In this document: piece after piece, positions 18,310 to 28,693 of the stretch
Position numbering within the stretch: position 1 is the stretch's first letter
Layout: each line of letters begins with the position of its first letter
Source: Ostreococcus lucimarinus
Lineage: Eukaryota
Assembly: GCA_000092065.1 (NCBI GenBank)
Contig: CP000593.1
Direction: 5' to 3' (one strand)
Length of the DNA: 64,000 nucleotides
Translations under genes and position numbers: made by a program
Notes under the pieces: generated by a model
Databases searched by the model: none
What the model saw: the letters and a program-made list of their open reading frames with translations, nothing else
What the model was told of the DNA's origin: nothing

Positions 18310-19169
18310 CGGCGACGACGGCGGTGAAGACGCCGACGGGACGGGACGACGGCGACGATGGGTTTTGCCCGGCGTGGACGCGCCGCGGACGCGGGACGAT
18401 CGCGAGCGCGGCGTGGCGACGACCGGCGCTGGCGGCGTGCTCGCTGGAGGATTTCACGTTTGATTTGATGCGGTTTCATCAGGAGCGAGGACGGGATTGG
18501 GAGCAGTGCTGGGCGAATTTGGATCGAGTCGTCGGGCGCACGGGTGCGCCGCTGGATTGCTTGCACCTGTACCGACAGGTGTGCTCGCTGGGGGGGTTCG
18601 CGTCGAGGACGAGCGCGAAGGAGCGAATCAAGGCGGCGGAGATTTTCAGAAACATGTTTAATCACTACGAAAATCACACGATGACGGATTGCGGGAATCG
18701 CATGCTGACGGCGTATGAGAATTATTTTTTGGAGTACGAGGCGGCGCACGAGGAGGATTTGACGCGCGGGACGTGCGGGAACTGCGGGGGGGGGATTCAA
18801 ACGTCCATCGGAACGGTGGCGGATTTGCTGCACGAGTGCGTCGGGTGCGAAAGAATGTTTCACGGACGGTGCCAACCGCCCGAGGTGTTTCCTCCGATCC
18901 ACGGGGAGGGCAAGAACGCGGGGTGTTCGACGCGCATCGTGTGCTTTGAATGCCGGGCAGGCGGCGCGTACGCCGCCTCGACCAAGTTGCTGCGCGACGA
19001 ACGAGAGGACGCGGATTCGTACCAAACGCGATTGTACGAATGCGTCGCGCGACGCGGTCGCCGGTATAAGAGCAGCTACGTGCGACCGACGCGAGCGATG
19101 GACGAAGGCGCGAAGCCGCCGTCGCCGACGGGCAACGATCCAGACGATGGTAGTAAAATGGATGACTGA
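18183..19169 (+). CDS. ARID (BRIGHT) domain protein with C-terminal PHD-like zinc finger
   Basis: ARID core FTFDLMRFHQERGRDW…LDCLHLYRQVCSLGGFASRTSAKERIKAAEIF. C-terminal Cys/His cluster CGNCGGG…HECVGCERMFHGRC…CFEC. N-terminus carries poly-Thr/poly-Asp from (ACG)n. Confidence 0.8.
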
Positions 19170-19214
19170 TGATTGTTGTGATTAAAAAACAAGCGATGAC
19201 GATGAAACGTTTCC

Positions 19215-20707
19215 CTAAAGTACAAATCGACTCAAGTCCTCTTGCTTGAGCATGTTGCCGATCGCGTCGTCGATATCTTTGACGCCAATCTTGACCTGCA
19301 GCTCGCCTTTGCCGCCCGCCGCGACGAATTTCGCATATCTCTCGGGCGCGTCAAACGACAAATCCTCGACGATGCGTTCGAGCACGGTGTGCAGTCGTCT
19401 GGCGCCGATGTTGTCGACCGTTTTGTTCACCTTGGCCGCGATGCTCGCGATGTGCTCGATCGCTTCGTTCGTGAACTCTAAATCGATCCCTTCCGTCTTC
19501 ATGAGCGCCTTTTGTTGCGCGATCATGTTCATCTCCGGTTCGGTTAAAATTCGGTACAAGTCGCGCTCGGTCAAACCTTTGAGCTCGACGCGAATGGGCA
19601 ATCGTCCCTGTAACTCGGCGAGCATGTCGCTCGGTTTCGCGCTGTGGAACGCTCCGGAGGCTATGAACAAGATGTGGTCGGTGTTGACGTTGCCGTGCTT
19701 CGTGCTCACGACGGAGCCTTCGATGATCGGCAACAAGTCGCGCTGCACGCCCTCGGAGCTCGCGTCGGCGCCGTGACGGTAATCGCTCGACGACACAATC
19801 TTATCAATCTCATCTATGAACACGATCCCATCGTTCTCCACCGCCGTGATCGCCTCTTTCGCGATCGTCTCCGCGGACAACAAGTTGTCAAACTCCATCT
19901 CTTCGATCAAAGGTTTGCACTCGGCCACCGTCATTTTACGCTTGGACGTGCTCTTGCGGTTTCCGAACAATTTATCAACCTTGATGACTAATTCGTGAAT
20001 GGGAATCGGTCCCCCGCTCGGGTCGATCTTCATGTTTTGCCCACCCGAATCCGGCAACTCAACCTCGATCGTGCGATCGTCCAAAGTACCGTCTCGATAC
20101 AACGTCCGAAACGCCTCGCGCGTCTCGTCGTTGGCCCCCTCCCCGCACACAAAATCTAAAATTTTATTCTCGATCAACTCCTCCACAAACTTTTCAAACT
20201 TCGCGCGCATCTTTTGTTTCGTCACCGCGATCCCATTATCCACCAAATCTCGAATGATCTGATCGACGTCTCGCCCGTGAAATCCAACCTCTGTAAATTT
20301 CGTCGCCTCCACCTTTACGAAGGGCGAATCCGTAATCTTCGCCAATCGTCGCGCGATTTCCGTCTTCCCGCACCCCGTCGGGCCGATCATCAGGATATTT
20401 TTCGGCACGATTTCGTCTCGCATCGGTTTCCCGATCCTGTGTCGCCGCCATCGATTCCGAAGCGCCACCGCGCACGCCCGCTTCGCCTCCGTCTGTCCGA
20501 CGATGTGCTTGTCCAGCAGCGCCGTCGCGCGTTCGGGCGTCAACCCACCGCGTCCGTCCTCTTCCCTCGCGTCTCGCCCGTCGCGCGCGTCCGCGGGCGT
20601 CACGTCGATCGTCACGTCGATCGTCGACCGCTTCGTGGGCGGTTTCGGCGGTTTCGCGACGCGCGACGGTCCCGTCGCGCCGTAGGGTCGCTCGCCGCGG
20701 TGCGTTT

Positions 20708-20747
<40 letters not shown>

Positions 20748-20870
20748 GCGCGCGGCGAGCGTCGCGGCGCATCGTTGGTCGACGTCCGCGTCGCGCGCGG
20801 CGCGCCACGCGCGCGCGAGCGCGCCGAACGCGCGCCGGGACATCGCGACGCGTCGAGACGCCCGCGTCAC
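19215..20870 (-). CDS. hslU: HslU (ClpY) AAA+ ATPase subunit of the bacterial-type HslVU protease, with organellar presequence
   Basis: HIVGQTEAKRACAVALRNRWRR…PKNILMIGPTGCGKTEIARRLAK…SPFVKVEATKFTEVGFHGRDVD and the C-terminal sensor region are highly similar to HslU. R/A/T-rich N-terminus with a poly-Thr13 tract. Confidence 0.9.
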
Positions 20871-20881
20871 TCAATGGCGCC

Positions 20882-21217
20882 ATGCCGACGTCGCTGACGC
20901 GGGCGGGCGCGCGCGCGACGCCGTCGACGCTCGGCGTCGATCCCGAAGACGTGCTCCATCCGCGCGTGCGCGATCTGCTGCACGGCGACGTCGTGCGCGT
21001 GGGCGCGCCGACGCCGAGCGTCATGAAGCAGCGGTTGCGAAACAAACTGTGGAAACTCGTCGTGTTGGCGATCGCGAGCGTCGTGCTGTGGGCGCTGCAG
21101 GGGGCGAGACAGGCGCGCGAGGGCGCGTGGGCGCGAGGGGAAGGGGTCGTCGAGCCGATGGCGGTGCGGTTCGCGAGAAAGGGGGCGTTCGGGGGGGGGG
21201 CGAAAATCGTGCACTGA
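20882..21217 (+). CDS. possible small ORF (111 aa) with one predicted TM helix; weak
   Basis: Track ORF MPTSLTRAG…LWKLVVLAIASVVLWAL… lies in the 460-bp gap between the HslU start and the WD40 gene end. No homology recognised; could be UTR. Confidence 0.2.
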   Translation: MPTSLTRAGARATPSTLGVDPEDVLHPRVRDLLHGDVVRVGAPTPSVMKQRLRNKLWKLVVLAIASVVLWALQGARQAREGAWARGEGVVEPMAVRFARKGAFGGGAKIVH

Positions 21218-21333
21218 GAGCGCGAGACGCGCGGAGTCGCGGTCGAAGCGACGCGCGTGAGTTGTATCGAGTAATGTGTAACGCTAGCGTAGAGAATTAA
21301 ACTTGAACGTACGGAATTGAACGTCGTGTGGCG

Positions 21334-22566
21334 TCATTCTTTGGATTTCTTCTTCTTCTTCTTCTTCGGCGCGGCGTCGTCGACGGCGACGGCGCACTCG
21401 CGAATCTTCTTCTTCTTCTTCTTGGCTTTCTTTTCCGCGCGAGCGTCGTCGTCGTCGACGTCGGGCGCTCGTTTCTTCTTTTTTGACGATTTTTTGACGC
21501 TCGCCGCCTCAAACGCTGGCGTGTGGGCGTCGAAGACGATGGCCGTGAGCGGTTGCTTGGCGTACGCAGAGGCGACGCACTTGCGCGTCGCGGTGTCGTA
21601 GACGCGCACGTATTGATCCAAACCCGCGCACGCCACGTGCGCGCCGTCGGGATGGACCGCGACTTGACGAATGCTCCCGGAGTTTCCCTTAAACTTCCCT
21701 CGCGTTTTTCCCGCGCGAAGATCGACGATTTCAAACATCCCGCGAGCGTTGGCGACGTACGCCTCGTAACCATCCGCCGAGCTCGCCACGCTCGTGATCA
21801 CGCCCTTACCGACGTCCAAGTCCAGCACCGCGCGCTTATCCGCGCGCGTATCGTAGTGTCTAAATCTATGCTCTCCCGTGCCGACGAAGAAGCGCGCGCA
21901 TTCGCTCGTCGACGCGAAACACGTCGCGCTCACCCAAGGCGGCGCTCGGTACCCCAACCAATTTGGCGGAGGTGGTTTCGCCTTATACGTCCGTTTCTGT
22001 TCGTGTACGTCGTACACCACGACATCGTTCCCTTGGCCCTTACCTCCCAGCACCAATCTCCCCAATCTTGCGTCGAGATCGGAGCTCGTCGCGTCGCCGC
22101 ACGCTCGAAACGTCCCGGTTTCTCGCCACGTTTCGTCGCCGTATTCATTCACGATTCCATGCACCCCAACCTCACCGTCGTCGTGCACGGCGACGACGTG
22201 CATGCGTTCCCACGACGTTCCACGCTCGTCTCCCTCGCACCACGCGTGCGCGTCGACGATTTCTTTCGACAGCGTCAACGTCGCCGTCGAGCGCGTCCCG
22301 CTCCTCGCCTCCATCACCTCCACCGCGCCGCCTTTTCGCGCGCACACCACCCGCGGTCCGCTCGCATCGCTCGCGCCGCGCAATTCGCACACCGCGCGCG
22401 CGCGCACCGCGCGTCGCGCGCGGTCGAGCGCGCCGAATTTCCCAATCAGCGTCAAGTCTTCGGCCGCGTCGCCGCCGGCGGCGGGGTCCGTGGCGAACGC
22501 GCGGACGTATCCGAGCTCGTCGCACGCGAGCACGCGGATCGGGAGGTCGGTGTGCGGTGGTGCCAT
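21334..22566 (-). CDS. WD40-repeat protein with Lys-rich C-terminal tail, possibly NSA1/WDR74-like ribosome biogenesis factor
   Basis: WD-repeat-like blocks (…VVAVHDDGEVGVHGI…, …VRVYDTATRKC…) with a C-terminal KKKKKR/KKKKKK tail. The family call is tentative. Confidence 0.55.
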   Translation of the reverse strand: MAPPHTDLPIRVLACDELGYVRAFATDPAAGGDAAEDLTLIGKFGALDRARRAVRARAVCELRGASDASGPRVVCARKGGAVEVMEARSGTRSTATLTLSKEIVDAHAWCEGDERGTSWERMHVVAVHDDGEVGVHGIVNEYGDETWRETGTFRACGDATSSDLDARLGRLVLGGKGQGNDVVVYDVHEQKRTYKAKPPPPNWLGYRAPPWVSATCFASTSECARFFVGTGEHRFRHYDTRADKRAVLDLDVGKGVITSVASSADGYEAYVANARGMFEIVDLRAGKTRGKFKGNSGSIRQVAVHPDGAHVACAGLDQYVRVYDTATRKCVASAYAKQPLTAIVFDAHTPAFEAASVKKSSKKKKRAPDVDDDDARAEKKAKKKKKKIRECAVAVDDAAPKKKKKKKSKE

Positions 22567-22685
22567 CGCGCGAGCGCGCGCGCCGCGTCCCGCGCGGACG
22601 ACGGTGGTGCGACGATGAATGCGGTGAGGCGCGCGGCGAGGCGAAGCGCGAGAACGCGAGCGAAGCTAAGCGAAGCGGTTTGACA

Positions 22686-24746
22686 TTACATCGAAGCAGC
22701 GCCGAGGGCTCGCGTGATCGCGAACGCGCGCGCGTTCGTTCGTGTAAATGTGCGACGGATAGGGCGCGCGCGCGAGGACGCGCGGTGCGCGATGGCGACG
22801 GCGCGAGTGGAGACTTTGCGAGGCCAATCCGAGCTCGCCGGCGGCGCGTCCACGGCGCCCGTATCGCCGTCGTCGTCGTCTTCGTCGAGGGACTCTACAC
22901 GCTGGGAAAGCGACACCCGACGCGCGGTGGACTCCGGACCTCCGTAGATTTCTTTCGTCTTCGTCGGTTCGAGCGTTGACGGTTCGAGGTCCTCGTCGGC
23001 GGCGGCGGCGGCGGCTCGATTGGATTTGGGTTTCGGCTCGCCGCCGTCTCGTTTCCACACGCCCTTGCGCTGCGTCATTTCGGGATTGATTCGATCCAGC
23101 AGCGCTTGTACGGCGCTCATGCTCATTCCGCACTCTTCGCACGCGCGCACGATGGCGGTGCGGTTCGCACCCTTGAGTTTGAGCCCGCTCGCGAGCATTA
23201 ACTTCGCCACCTCGGCAATACCGTTGATGTCTTCCAGTTGGCCGTATCCCCACGCGAAATGAGCGAACGTACGCTCGTTCGGGCGCAAGCCCGCGTCGAA
23301 CATGCGCTCGAGTACGTCGCGCGCGCGCGACATGTTACCAATCGTACAATGTGCGGCGACGACGGCGCTGTAAATAGCCACCGACGGAGCCACCTTTGCC
23401 TCGGCGAGTCGATCCAAAACCGCCTCAGCGCCGTCGGAATCGCGCGCGCGCGCGTACGCCTTTACCAACGTCCCGTAAGCTGTGACGTCTGGCGCGACTT
23501 CCTTGCGATGCATGCGATTGAAGATTCGCTCGCACGCGTCGACTTGGCCTTGATTCGCCCAATAATCTAAAAACAACGTGTACGTCACGTTGTCTGGTTT
23601 GATCCCCAACGACTCCATATCCCACGTTCCACTCGATTCGAGCTCGCGAAACAGCCCTTCCGCAGCGCGCATGTTTTCTTGCTTGAGGTATCCGTCTATG
23701 AGCATGTTAAACAGCGGCAGTGAGGGCGCGATGCGCTCCCATTGCATCTGTTGTAAAAGCTTGCGCGCGGCGAGCATGTTTCCGCGACGCGTCCACGCGT
23801 CGATGAGTAACCCGTATGACGCCGCGCTCGGCTTCGACACTCGCCCACCGCGGTCACTCTGTCGCTCCAAGTCGAACTTTTCGTTGTTCCATCGTCTGAG
23901 CACTTCCTCGGCGTCCTCGAGATCGTCCCGCTCGCACAAGCCTCGCAAAAACGCGTTATACGCGCGTTCGTCTGGGATTATTCCATGCTCGCTCGACATT
24001 CGTCTGATCAACCTATACACTCTATTTGCCTCTCCACGCTTCGCGTACGTGTATATGATCTCCGGATGCGTCGCCCCGTTCACGCCCACGCCGTCTTCGC
24101 CGACCATTCTATCCACGATTTTCTCCGCCCCCGCCGGGTCTCCGCCGGCGCAAAACGCGTGCGCCACGGCGTTCCACACCGCCACATCGACGTCATCGCC
24201 ATACTCCTCGATCATCGGCAACACATCGTCCAAAGCCTCTTTCGCGCGTCCCATCGCGCCTAGCGTGCTAATCACCGCCGTAAACGTCTTCGCCGTCGGC
24301 CTGTGTCCGTCTCGTATCAGCGCCAGCGTCGCCCCGACCGGATCCGCGTCCGCGCGCGCCCTCGACCCTCGCCCGCCGCCCTCGACGTCCGACGCGTATT
24401 TACTCTTCGTCTTTTTCGCCTTTTTCCGTTCGTTATACCGCCGTTTCGCTCGCATCCCGCTCACCGCGCTCGTCGCTCGGTGCACGGCGAAGCACGAGCT
24501 CCCGCGCGCGCACTTCGCGCACTTAAACCGCGCGTCCACCGTGATCTCGCGTTCGGTGCCGTCGTTCATCGTCATGATCTCCCGTCGAACGTTCGCCCGC
24601 GTCGCCGGGCGCAGCGACGCCGCCCGCGCCGCTTCGGCATCCGCCGACGTCGACGCGCGCGCGTCTTCATCGCGCGATTGCGCCTCCCCGCGCGCCGCGT
24701 TCGACGCGCGCGCGCGCGCGTCGCGCTCCGCGCGCACCCACCGCAT
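22686..24746 (-). CDS. pentatricopeptide repeat (PPR) protein
   Basis: Multiple 35-aa PPR motifs (…VWNAVAHAFCAGGDPAGAEKIVDRM…, …YNAFLRGLCERDDLEDAEEVL…, …SYGLLIDAWTRRGNMLAARKLLQQM…, …FNMLIDGYLKQENMRAAEGLF…). Confidence 0.8.
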   Translation of the reverse strand: MRWVRAERDARARASNAARGEAQSRDEDARASTSADAEAARAASLRPATRANVRREIMTMNDGTEREITVDARFKCAKCARGSSCFAVHRATSAVSGMRAKRRYNERKKAKKTKSKYASDVEGGGRGSRARADADPVGATLALIRDGHRPTAKTFTAVISTLGAMGRAKEALDDVLPMIEEYGDDVDVAVWNAVAHAFCAGGDPAGAEKIVDRMVGEDGVGVNGATHPEIIYTYAKRGEANRVYRLIRRMSSEHGIIPDERAYNAFLRGLCERDDLEDAEEVLRRWNNEKFDLERQSDRGGRVSKPSAASYGLLIDAWTRRGNMLAARKLLQQMQWERIAPSLPLFNMLIDGYLKQENMRAAEGLFRELESSGTWDMESLGIKPDNVTYTLFLDYWANQGQVDACERIFNRMHRKEVAPDVTAYGTLVKAYARARDSDGAEAVLDRLAEAKVAPSVAIYSAVVAAHCTIGNMSRARDVLERMFDAGLRPNERTFAHFAWGYGQLEDINGIAEVAKLMLASGLKLKGANRTAIVRACEECGMSMSAVQALLDRINPEMTQRKGVWKRDGGEPKPKSNRAAAAAADEDLEPSTLEPTKTKEIYGGPESTARRVSLSQRVESLDEDDDDGDTGAVDAPPASSDWPRKVSTRAVAIAHRASSRARPIRRTFTRTNARAFAITRALGAASM

Positions 24747-24796
24747 GTCGCCGCCCGCGCGCGTCGCTCGCGCGCGCGCGTCGCCGTCGCGCGCGC

Positions 24797-26701
24797 GTGA
24801 GTGCGACCGGGACGGATAAGAGTCGCGGCGACGCCGCGCCGCGCGTCAATTCGCGACGCGCGATCGCGCGCTCGACGCGCGTCGCCGCGAACATGCGCGT
24901 CGCGCCCGCGCGCGCGCCGGCGCGCGTCGTCGCGCGCGACGCGCGACGCGCGCGACGGACGAAGGCGCGACGCGCGCTCGAGAGGGGGCGTTCGGAAAGC
25001 GGTTTCGACGCGCGCGCGACGCGACGCGCGACGATCGGCGACGACGCGGCGCGCGCGCGCGTTGAAGACGCGATGCGCGCGGCGCGCGCGACGCGCGCAT
25101 CGCGATGGCTCGACGCTTGGAACGCGCGGGACGGGTCGAGCGCGACGACGCGCGGGACGAGGACGCGCGCGAGCGACGCGCGAACGACGAGCGTTCGGGA
25201 CGAGGACGTCGAAGCGATGGAGGGCGAGGACGCGTCCGCGGTGGTGGTGGATGATGGTGCGAACGGTGACGCCGGCGCGAGCGAGGCGTCGACGAGCGAG
25301 TCGGTGGACGAGGACGCGGAGGGACGAGAGGCGAAGAAGTCGACGGCGGACCGCGGGCTCGGACAAAGGCGAGCGTTGAGCGCGGAGACGCGGTCGCGAC
25401 CGTTTGTGCCGTTGAAGGGTGAAGTTCTACACATAGCGTGGTATCGCGAGTACGATGAAACCGGGAAGTTCACGCGCGAGGAAGGGTTGGCGTATCGCGA
25501 GTGCATCGAGCAACTCTTGGCGCACTACACCATGCCGAAGGAGCTCGTGGAAGAAACGCTCGACGGTATCGAACGCGGTTGGTCCGACGTCACGCTGAAT
25601 CTTGGCTCTGGGTTCAACTTACGCATGCAAAGGCACACGGAATTCGAGACGATCACGCTGAGCGGTCCGGGGAACATGAAGGCGTCGCTCGGAACGCGCA
25701 TCACGCCGTGGCAGTGGTTGTTACCGCACGATTGGTTGGCTGACATTCCGGGCAAGGTTTTCTTGGTGAATCACGCGGTATTTAGACAGCTTTCGCAGCC
25801 ATCGCGAAGCGAAGAGCCGACGCTGAAAGAATTGAACGCCATTCGCAAAGCGCTCGGATCGACGCTGTACGAGGACAAGGTCAACGCGTCGATGGACGAG
25901 GAAGACGCGGTATTGGAATGGGACGCCGGCTCGCTCGTGGGATGTGGCATAGGCGATGGGAGTCGCATGTTTGCCAACTATGAGCTCGATGATTCGGGCG
26001 CGATGACCACGCTCGTGGTCGTGCCCCCGGGAGACAGCACGTTTATTCGCGCGGGGCGACAGTTGCAACGCTTCTTCGCCCTCGAGCAATATCGACTCAT
26101 GATTCTGCAACGTTTACCCATGGCCAAGTCCAAGTTCCCACTTCTAGCCGGCTTGAACGAGCGGTACGAAACGCTATCGCGCGAGCTGCGCCGATCGAAA
26201 GCCACTGCGCGCGGGCACAAAGACCAGCAAGAGTTTGTGACGCAAATCACCGAACTCGAGCAAGCCATCACGCAGCTCGTGACGCGAACGAAGCTCGTCG
26301 CCCTCACGACGGCGTCGTATCTCGAGATCATCGAGCTTCGCCTAGCAGAAGCCAGTTTCACGCGTCTCGGGTACGAGATTCGCTTCTTACCGCTCTTCGT
26401 CAAGAAGCGCATCGACCCGGCGGTGAGCACCATCTACGCCGTCGCCGAGCAAGCGAAAATTCTCAGCGACGCCCTCGAGCGCACCACTTCCCTCGTCCAA
26501 GCATCCGTGGAAGTGCGCTTACAGCGCATCAACGAACGCATCGCGACGTACGGTCTTCTGTTCACCATAGTCAGCGTCCTCGTGAGTTTCACGACGAGCA
26601 TTCAGCCAAACGGTTCGCTGCACTGGCTCTTCGTCCTCGTCAAGGCGAAATTCTTTTCGTGCGTGGCTTTCGGCGCCAAGCTCTGCGCCTCGGGGCCGTG
26701 A
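24797..26701 (+). CDS. conserved hypothetical protein with C-terminal transmembrane helix, probably organelle-targeted
   Basis: R/A/T-rich N-terminus followed by an acidic tract. Then a non-repetitive domain from about 25390 (RPFVPLKGEVLHIAWYREYDETGKF…), helical segments, and a C-terminal hydrophobic helix (LLFTIVSVLVSFTTSI). Family not recognised; start uncertain. Confidence 0.45.
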   Translation: MSATGTDKSRGDAAPRVNSRRAIARSTRVAANMRVAPARAPARVVARDARRARRTKARRALERGRSESGFDARATRRATIGDDAARARVEDAMRAARATRASRWLDAWNARDGSSATTRGTRTRASDARTTSVRDEDVEAMEGEDASAVVVDDGANGDAGASEASTSESVDEDAEGREAKKSTADRGLGQRRALSAETRSRPFVPLKGEVLHIAWYREYDETGKFTREEGLAYRECIEQLLAHYTMPKELVEETLDGIERGWSDVTLNLGSGFNLRMQRHTEFETITLSGPGNMKASLGTRITPWQWLLPHDWLADIPGKVFLVNHAVFRQLSQPSRSEEPTLKELNAIRKALGSTLYEDKVNASMDEEDAVLEWDAGSLVGCGIGDGSRMFANYELDDSGAMTTLVVVPPGDSTFIRAGRQLQRFFALEQYRLMILQRLPMAKSKFPLLAGLNERYETLSRELRRSKATARGHKDQQEFVTQITELEQAITQLVTRTKLVALTTASYLEIIELRLAEASFTRLGYEIRFLPLFVKKRIDPAVSTIYAVAEQAKILSDALERTTSLVQASVEVRLQRINERIATYGLLFTIVSVLVSFTTSIQPNGSLHWLFVLVKAKFFSCVAFGAKLCASGP

Positions 26702-26901
26702 TCGCGATCGCGCGCATCAATGTTCATCATCGCGACGTCGGCCCGCGTCGGCGTCGACGCTAATCATGTAAAACGAATTAAAATTTTGCGACCCTCGACG
26801 CGACGCGACGCACAGTCTGTCCACGCGCCGCACACTTTTCAGTGGCGCGTCGCCACCGCCGCACTCCGCGACGCTCGCCCCGAAAAGTCGCGCGCGCGAA
26901 A

Positions 26902-27498
26902 ATGTACACCGCCGTGCGCTCGTGCGCGCTCGGGTCGGCGTGTCCGTTCCGTCGAAAAGACGCGGCGGCGGCGTCGAGTTCGTCGACGTCGACTCCGCCA
27001 CCGAACGAACAGCGACGTCGAGCGGTGCGATCGAGCGCGGTGGAGGCGCCGAAAGCGAACGATAACGTCATGGTGCCCGTGAGTGAGGCTCTTGAGCGCG
27101 CGAAGGCGACGCGAGACGCGCGAGGAGGACGCGTGGAGGGAAGAAGCGCGTTCGACGCGCTGGCGTTCTCGGGTTGGGCGCCCGAGACGGTAAACGGACG
27201 AGCGGCGCAGATTGGGATCGTGTGCGGACTGTGGCGGCAGTACACCACGGGAACGGGGTTCGTGACGCAAGCGCACGATCACGTGTTGTTGTTCGCGGCG
27301 GTGTTGGCGGTGGTCGCCGCGGCGTCGGCGGCGCCGAGCTTTTTGGGGAAGACGTACGGCGGCGATCCCAAAAGTAAGAAGGATGTCGGAATCTTCACCG
27401 CGCGTAAGGAGATGATTCATGGACGATTAGCGATGTTAGCCATCGCTTACGAGGTGTACGCGGAGTTGTCCGCGAGAGGCGTGACGGCGCCGTTTTAG
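26902..27498 (+). CDS. LHC-like two-helix chlorophyll-binding-family protein (SEP/LIL/OHP-type), plastid-targeted
   Basis: Two helices carry LHC signature motifs: APETVNGRAAQIGIV and ARKEMIHGRLAMLAIAYEVYAE (E..NGR/HGRLAM pairing). Ser/Ala-rich N-terminus. ATG near 26902 within track ORF 26842..27498. Confidence 0.75.
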   Translation: MYTAVRSCALGSACPFRRKDAAAASSSSTSTPPPNEQRRRAVRSSAVEAPKANDNVMVPVSEALERAKATRDARGGRVEGRSAFDALAFSGWAPETVNGRAAQIGIVCGLWRQYTTGTGFVTQAHDHVLLFAAVLAVVAAASAAPSFLGKTYGGDPKSKKDVGIFTARKEMIHGRLAMLAIAYEVYAELSARGVTAPF

Positions 27499-27569
27499 AC
27501 CATGTATTTTTTACGCACAAAGCATTTCTTAACTTTGCCCTCGTTTACAACCTGTTTGCTACGCGAGAA

Positions 27570-28463
27570 CTAATCTTGTTTCAGCACGTCCTCGCCCGTG
27601 ATTAAGAATTTCGCCGCTCCGACGACGATTTGTTGCGCCCAATACAAGTTTAAGAGCGACGGAATGGGAAGCGTCAAAAGCGCGGCGTAGTATTGTGGCG
27701 TCGTCAATACTCCCCAATCCGAGTTCATGTACGCCGCGAAAAGTCGCGGTATGACAACCACGCGGACGCCCAAAAACAATGGAATCCACGCCAAGCCGTT
27801 GATCAAATACAGTTTCGTGTTGGACATGTTTAGAGCCGCTAAAATCCATCGAAGCGACATGTTAAAATTCGTCACCTCGCTCACGAGAAAATAGTTTATG
27901 TGATACGCGCACAAGTGTCGCATCAGCGCGTACGGCCACAGCACGATGGAAAACACGTGATGCACGATGAACAAGTACAGCGCGCCTTTCCCTCCATACG
28001 CCACGACTTGATCGTCCCAACGCGCTAAAATCACTCCCAAGTCCCACGTCATGTAACCGATCGACAACCCACACGCCTTCGACGTCAGCGCGCTCACATC
28101 GCTCACGAACGAATCGCTCTTCCCCGAAAATGTCGCGATCGCCGGCAGCGCGTACGCCGTGACCGCGAACGCGGGCCAAAACGTGCACAAATTCGTGTGC
28201 CAAGTCGTTCGCTCGTGCGGCTTCATCGCGTCGAAACGCTTCGCCCCGACGACTCTGCGGCTGAAACACAGGGACACGAGCATGATGAACGCGTTACACG
28301 CGATGGACATGAAGTAGTACGTGAATAGCGCGCGAGCGACGTCGTGCGCGGGGTTTCCGGTGACGACTTTCGCGGTCCACTCGCCCAGGGGCGCGAGGAA
28401 CGGTTCCAGCGTCGCGAACGCGTCGTGCGCGCGCGCGAGGGCGGGGGGGATGGCCACCATCAT
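27570..28463 (-). CDS. TLC-domain (TRAM/LAG1/CLN8 homology) multi-pass membrane protein, TLCD4-like
   Basis: About 6 predicted TM helices, with a conserved pattern around WDLGVILARWDD…LFIVHHVFSIV… typical of small TLC-domain proteins. Family call is moderate. Confidence 0.6.
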   Translation of the reverse strand: MMVAIPPALARAHDAFATLEPFLAPLGEWTAKVVTGNPAHDVARALFTYYFMSIACNAFIMLVSLCFSRRVVGAKRFDAMKPHERTTWHTNLCTFWPAFAVTAYALPAIATFSGKSDSFVSDVSALTSKACGLSIGYMTWDLGVILARWDDQVVAYGGKGALYLFIVHHVFSIVLWPYALMRHLCAYHINYFLVSEVTNFNMSLRWILAALNMSNTKLYLINGLAWIPLFLGVRVVVIPRLFAAYMNSDWGVLTTPQYYAALLTLPIPSLLNLYWAQQIVVGAAKFLITGEDVLKQD

Positions 28464-28693
28464 CGCGACCGTGATGCGTTCGCGTCGAGCGCGCGCCGTC
28501 GAGGGACGCGCGGAGTCGGTGTGTGAGGGAGGCGCCGCGGCGGACGCGCGAGACGCGAGTCAACGCCTCGGCGCGCGCTCGGGACGCCGACAGTTCGATG
28601 CGTGAACGGTAGACGCGTGGAGACGTCAGGAAGTGCCAAAACTGCTAGCGTCTTCGTGTGTTGTTGCAACAAGATGAGTGATGTGCTACGACT

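Noticed and set aside
17913-19025. ORFs 17913..19025(-) and 17921..18457(-), 17509..18327(+)
   Set aside because: They overlap the ARID-PHD gene and the (CATT)n/(ACG)n repeats. Translations are poly-Arg/poly-Val repeat read-throughs.
20236-21045. ORF 20236..21045(-) and 20214..20897(+) as extra genes around the HslU start
   Set aside because: They are out of frame or antisense to HslU, whose homology is unambiguous. Poly-Asp/poly-Arg translation of the (ACG)n tract.
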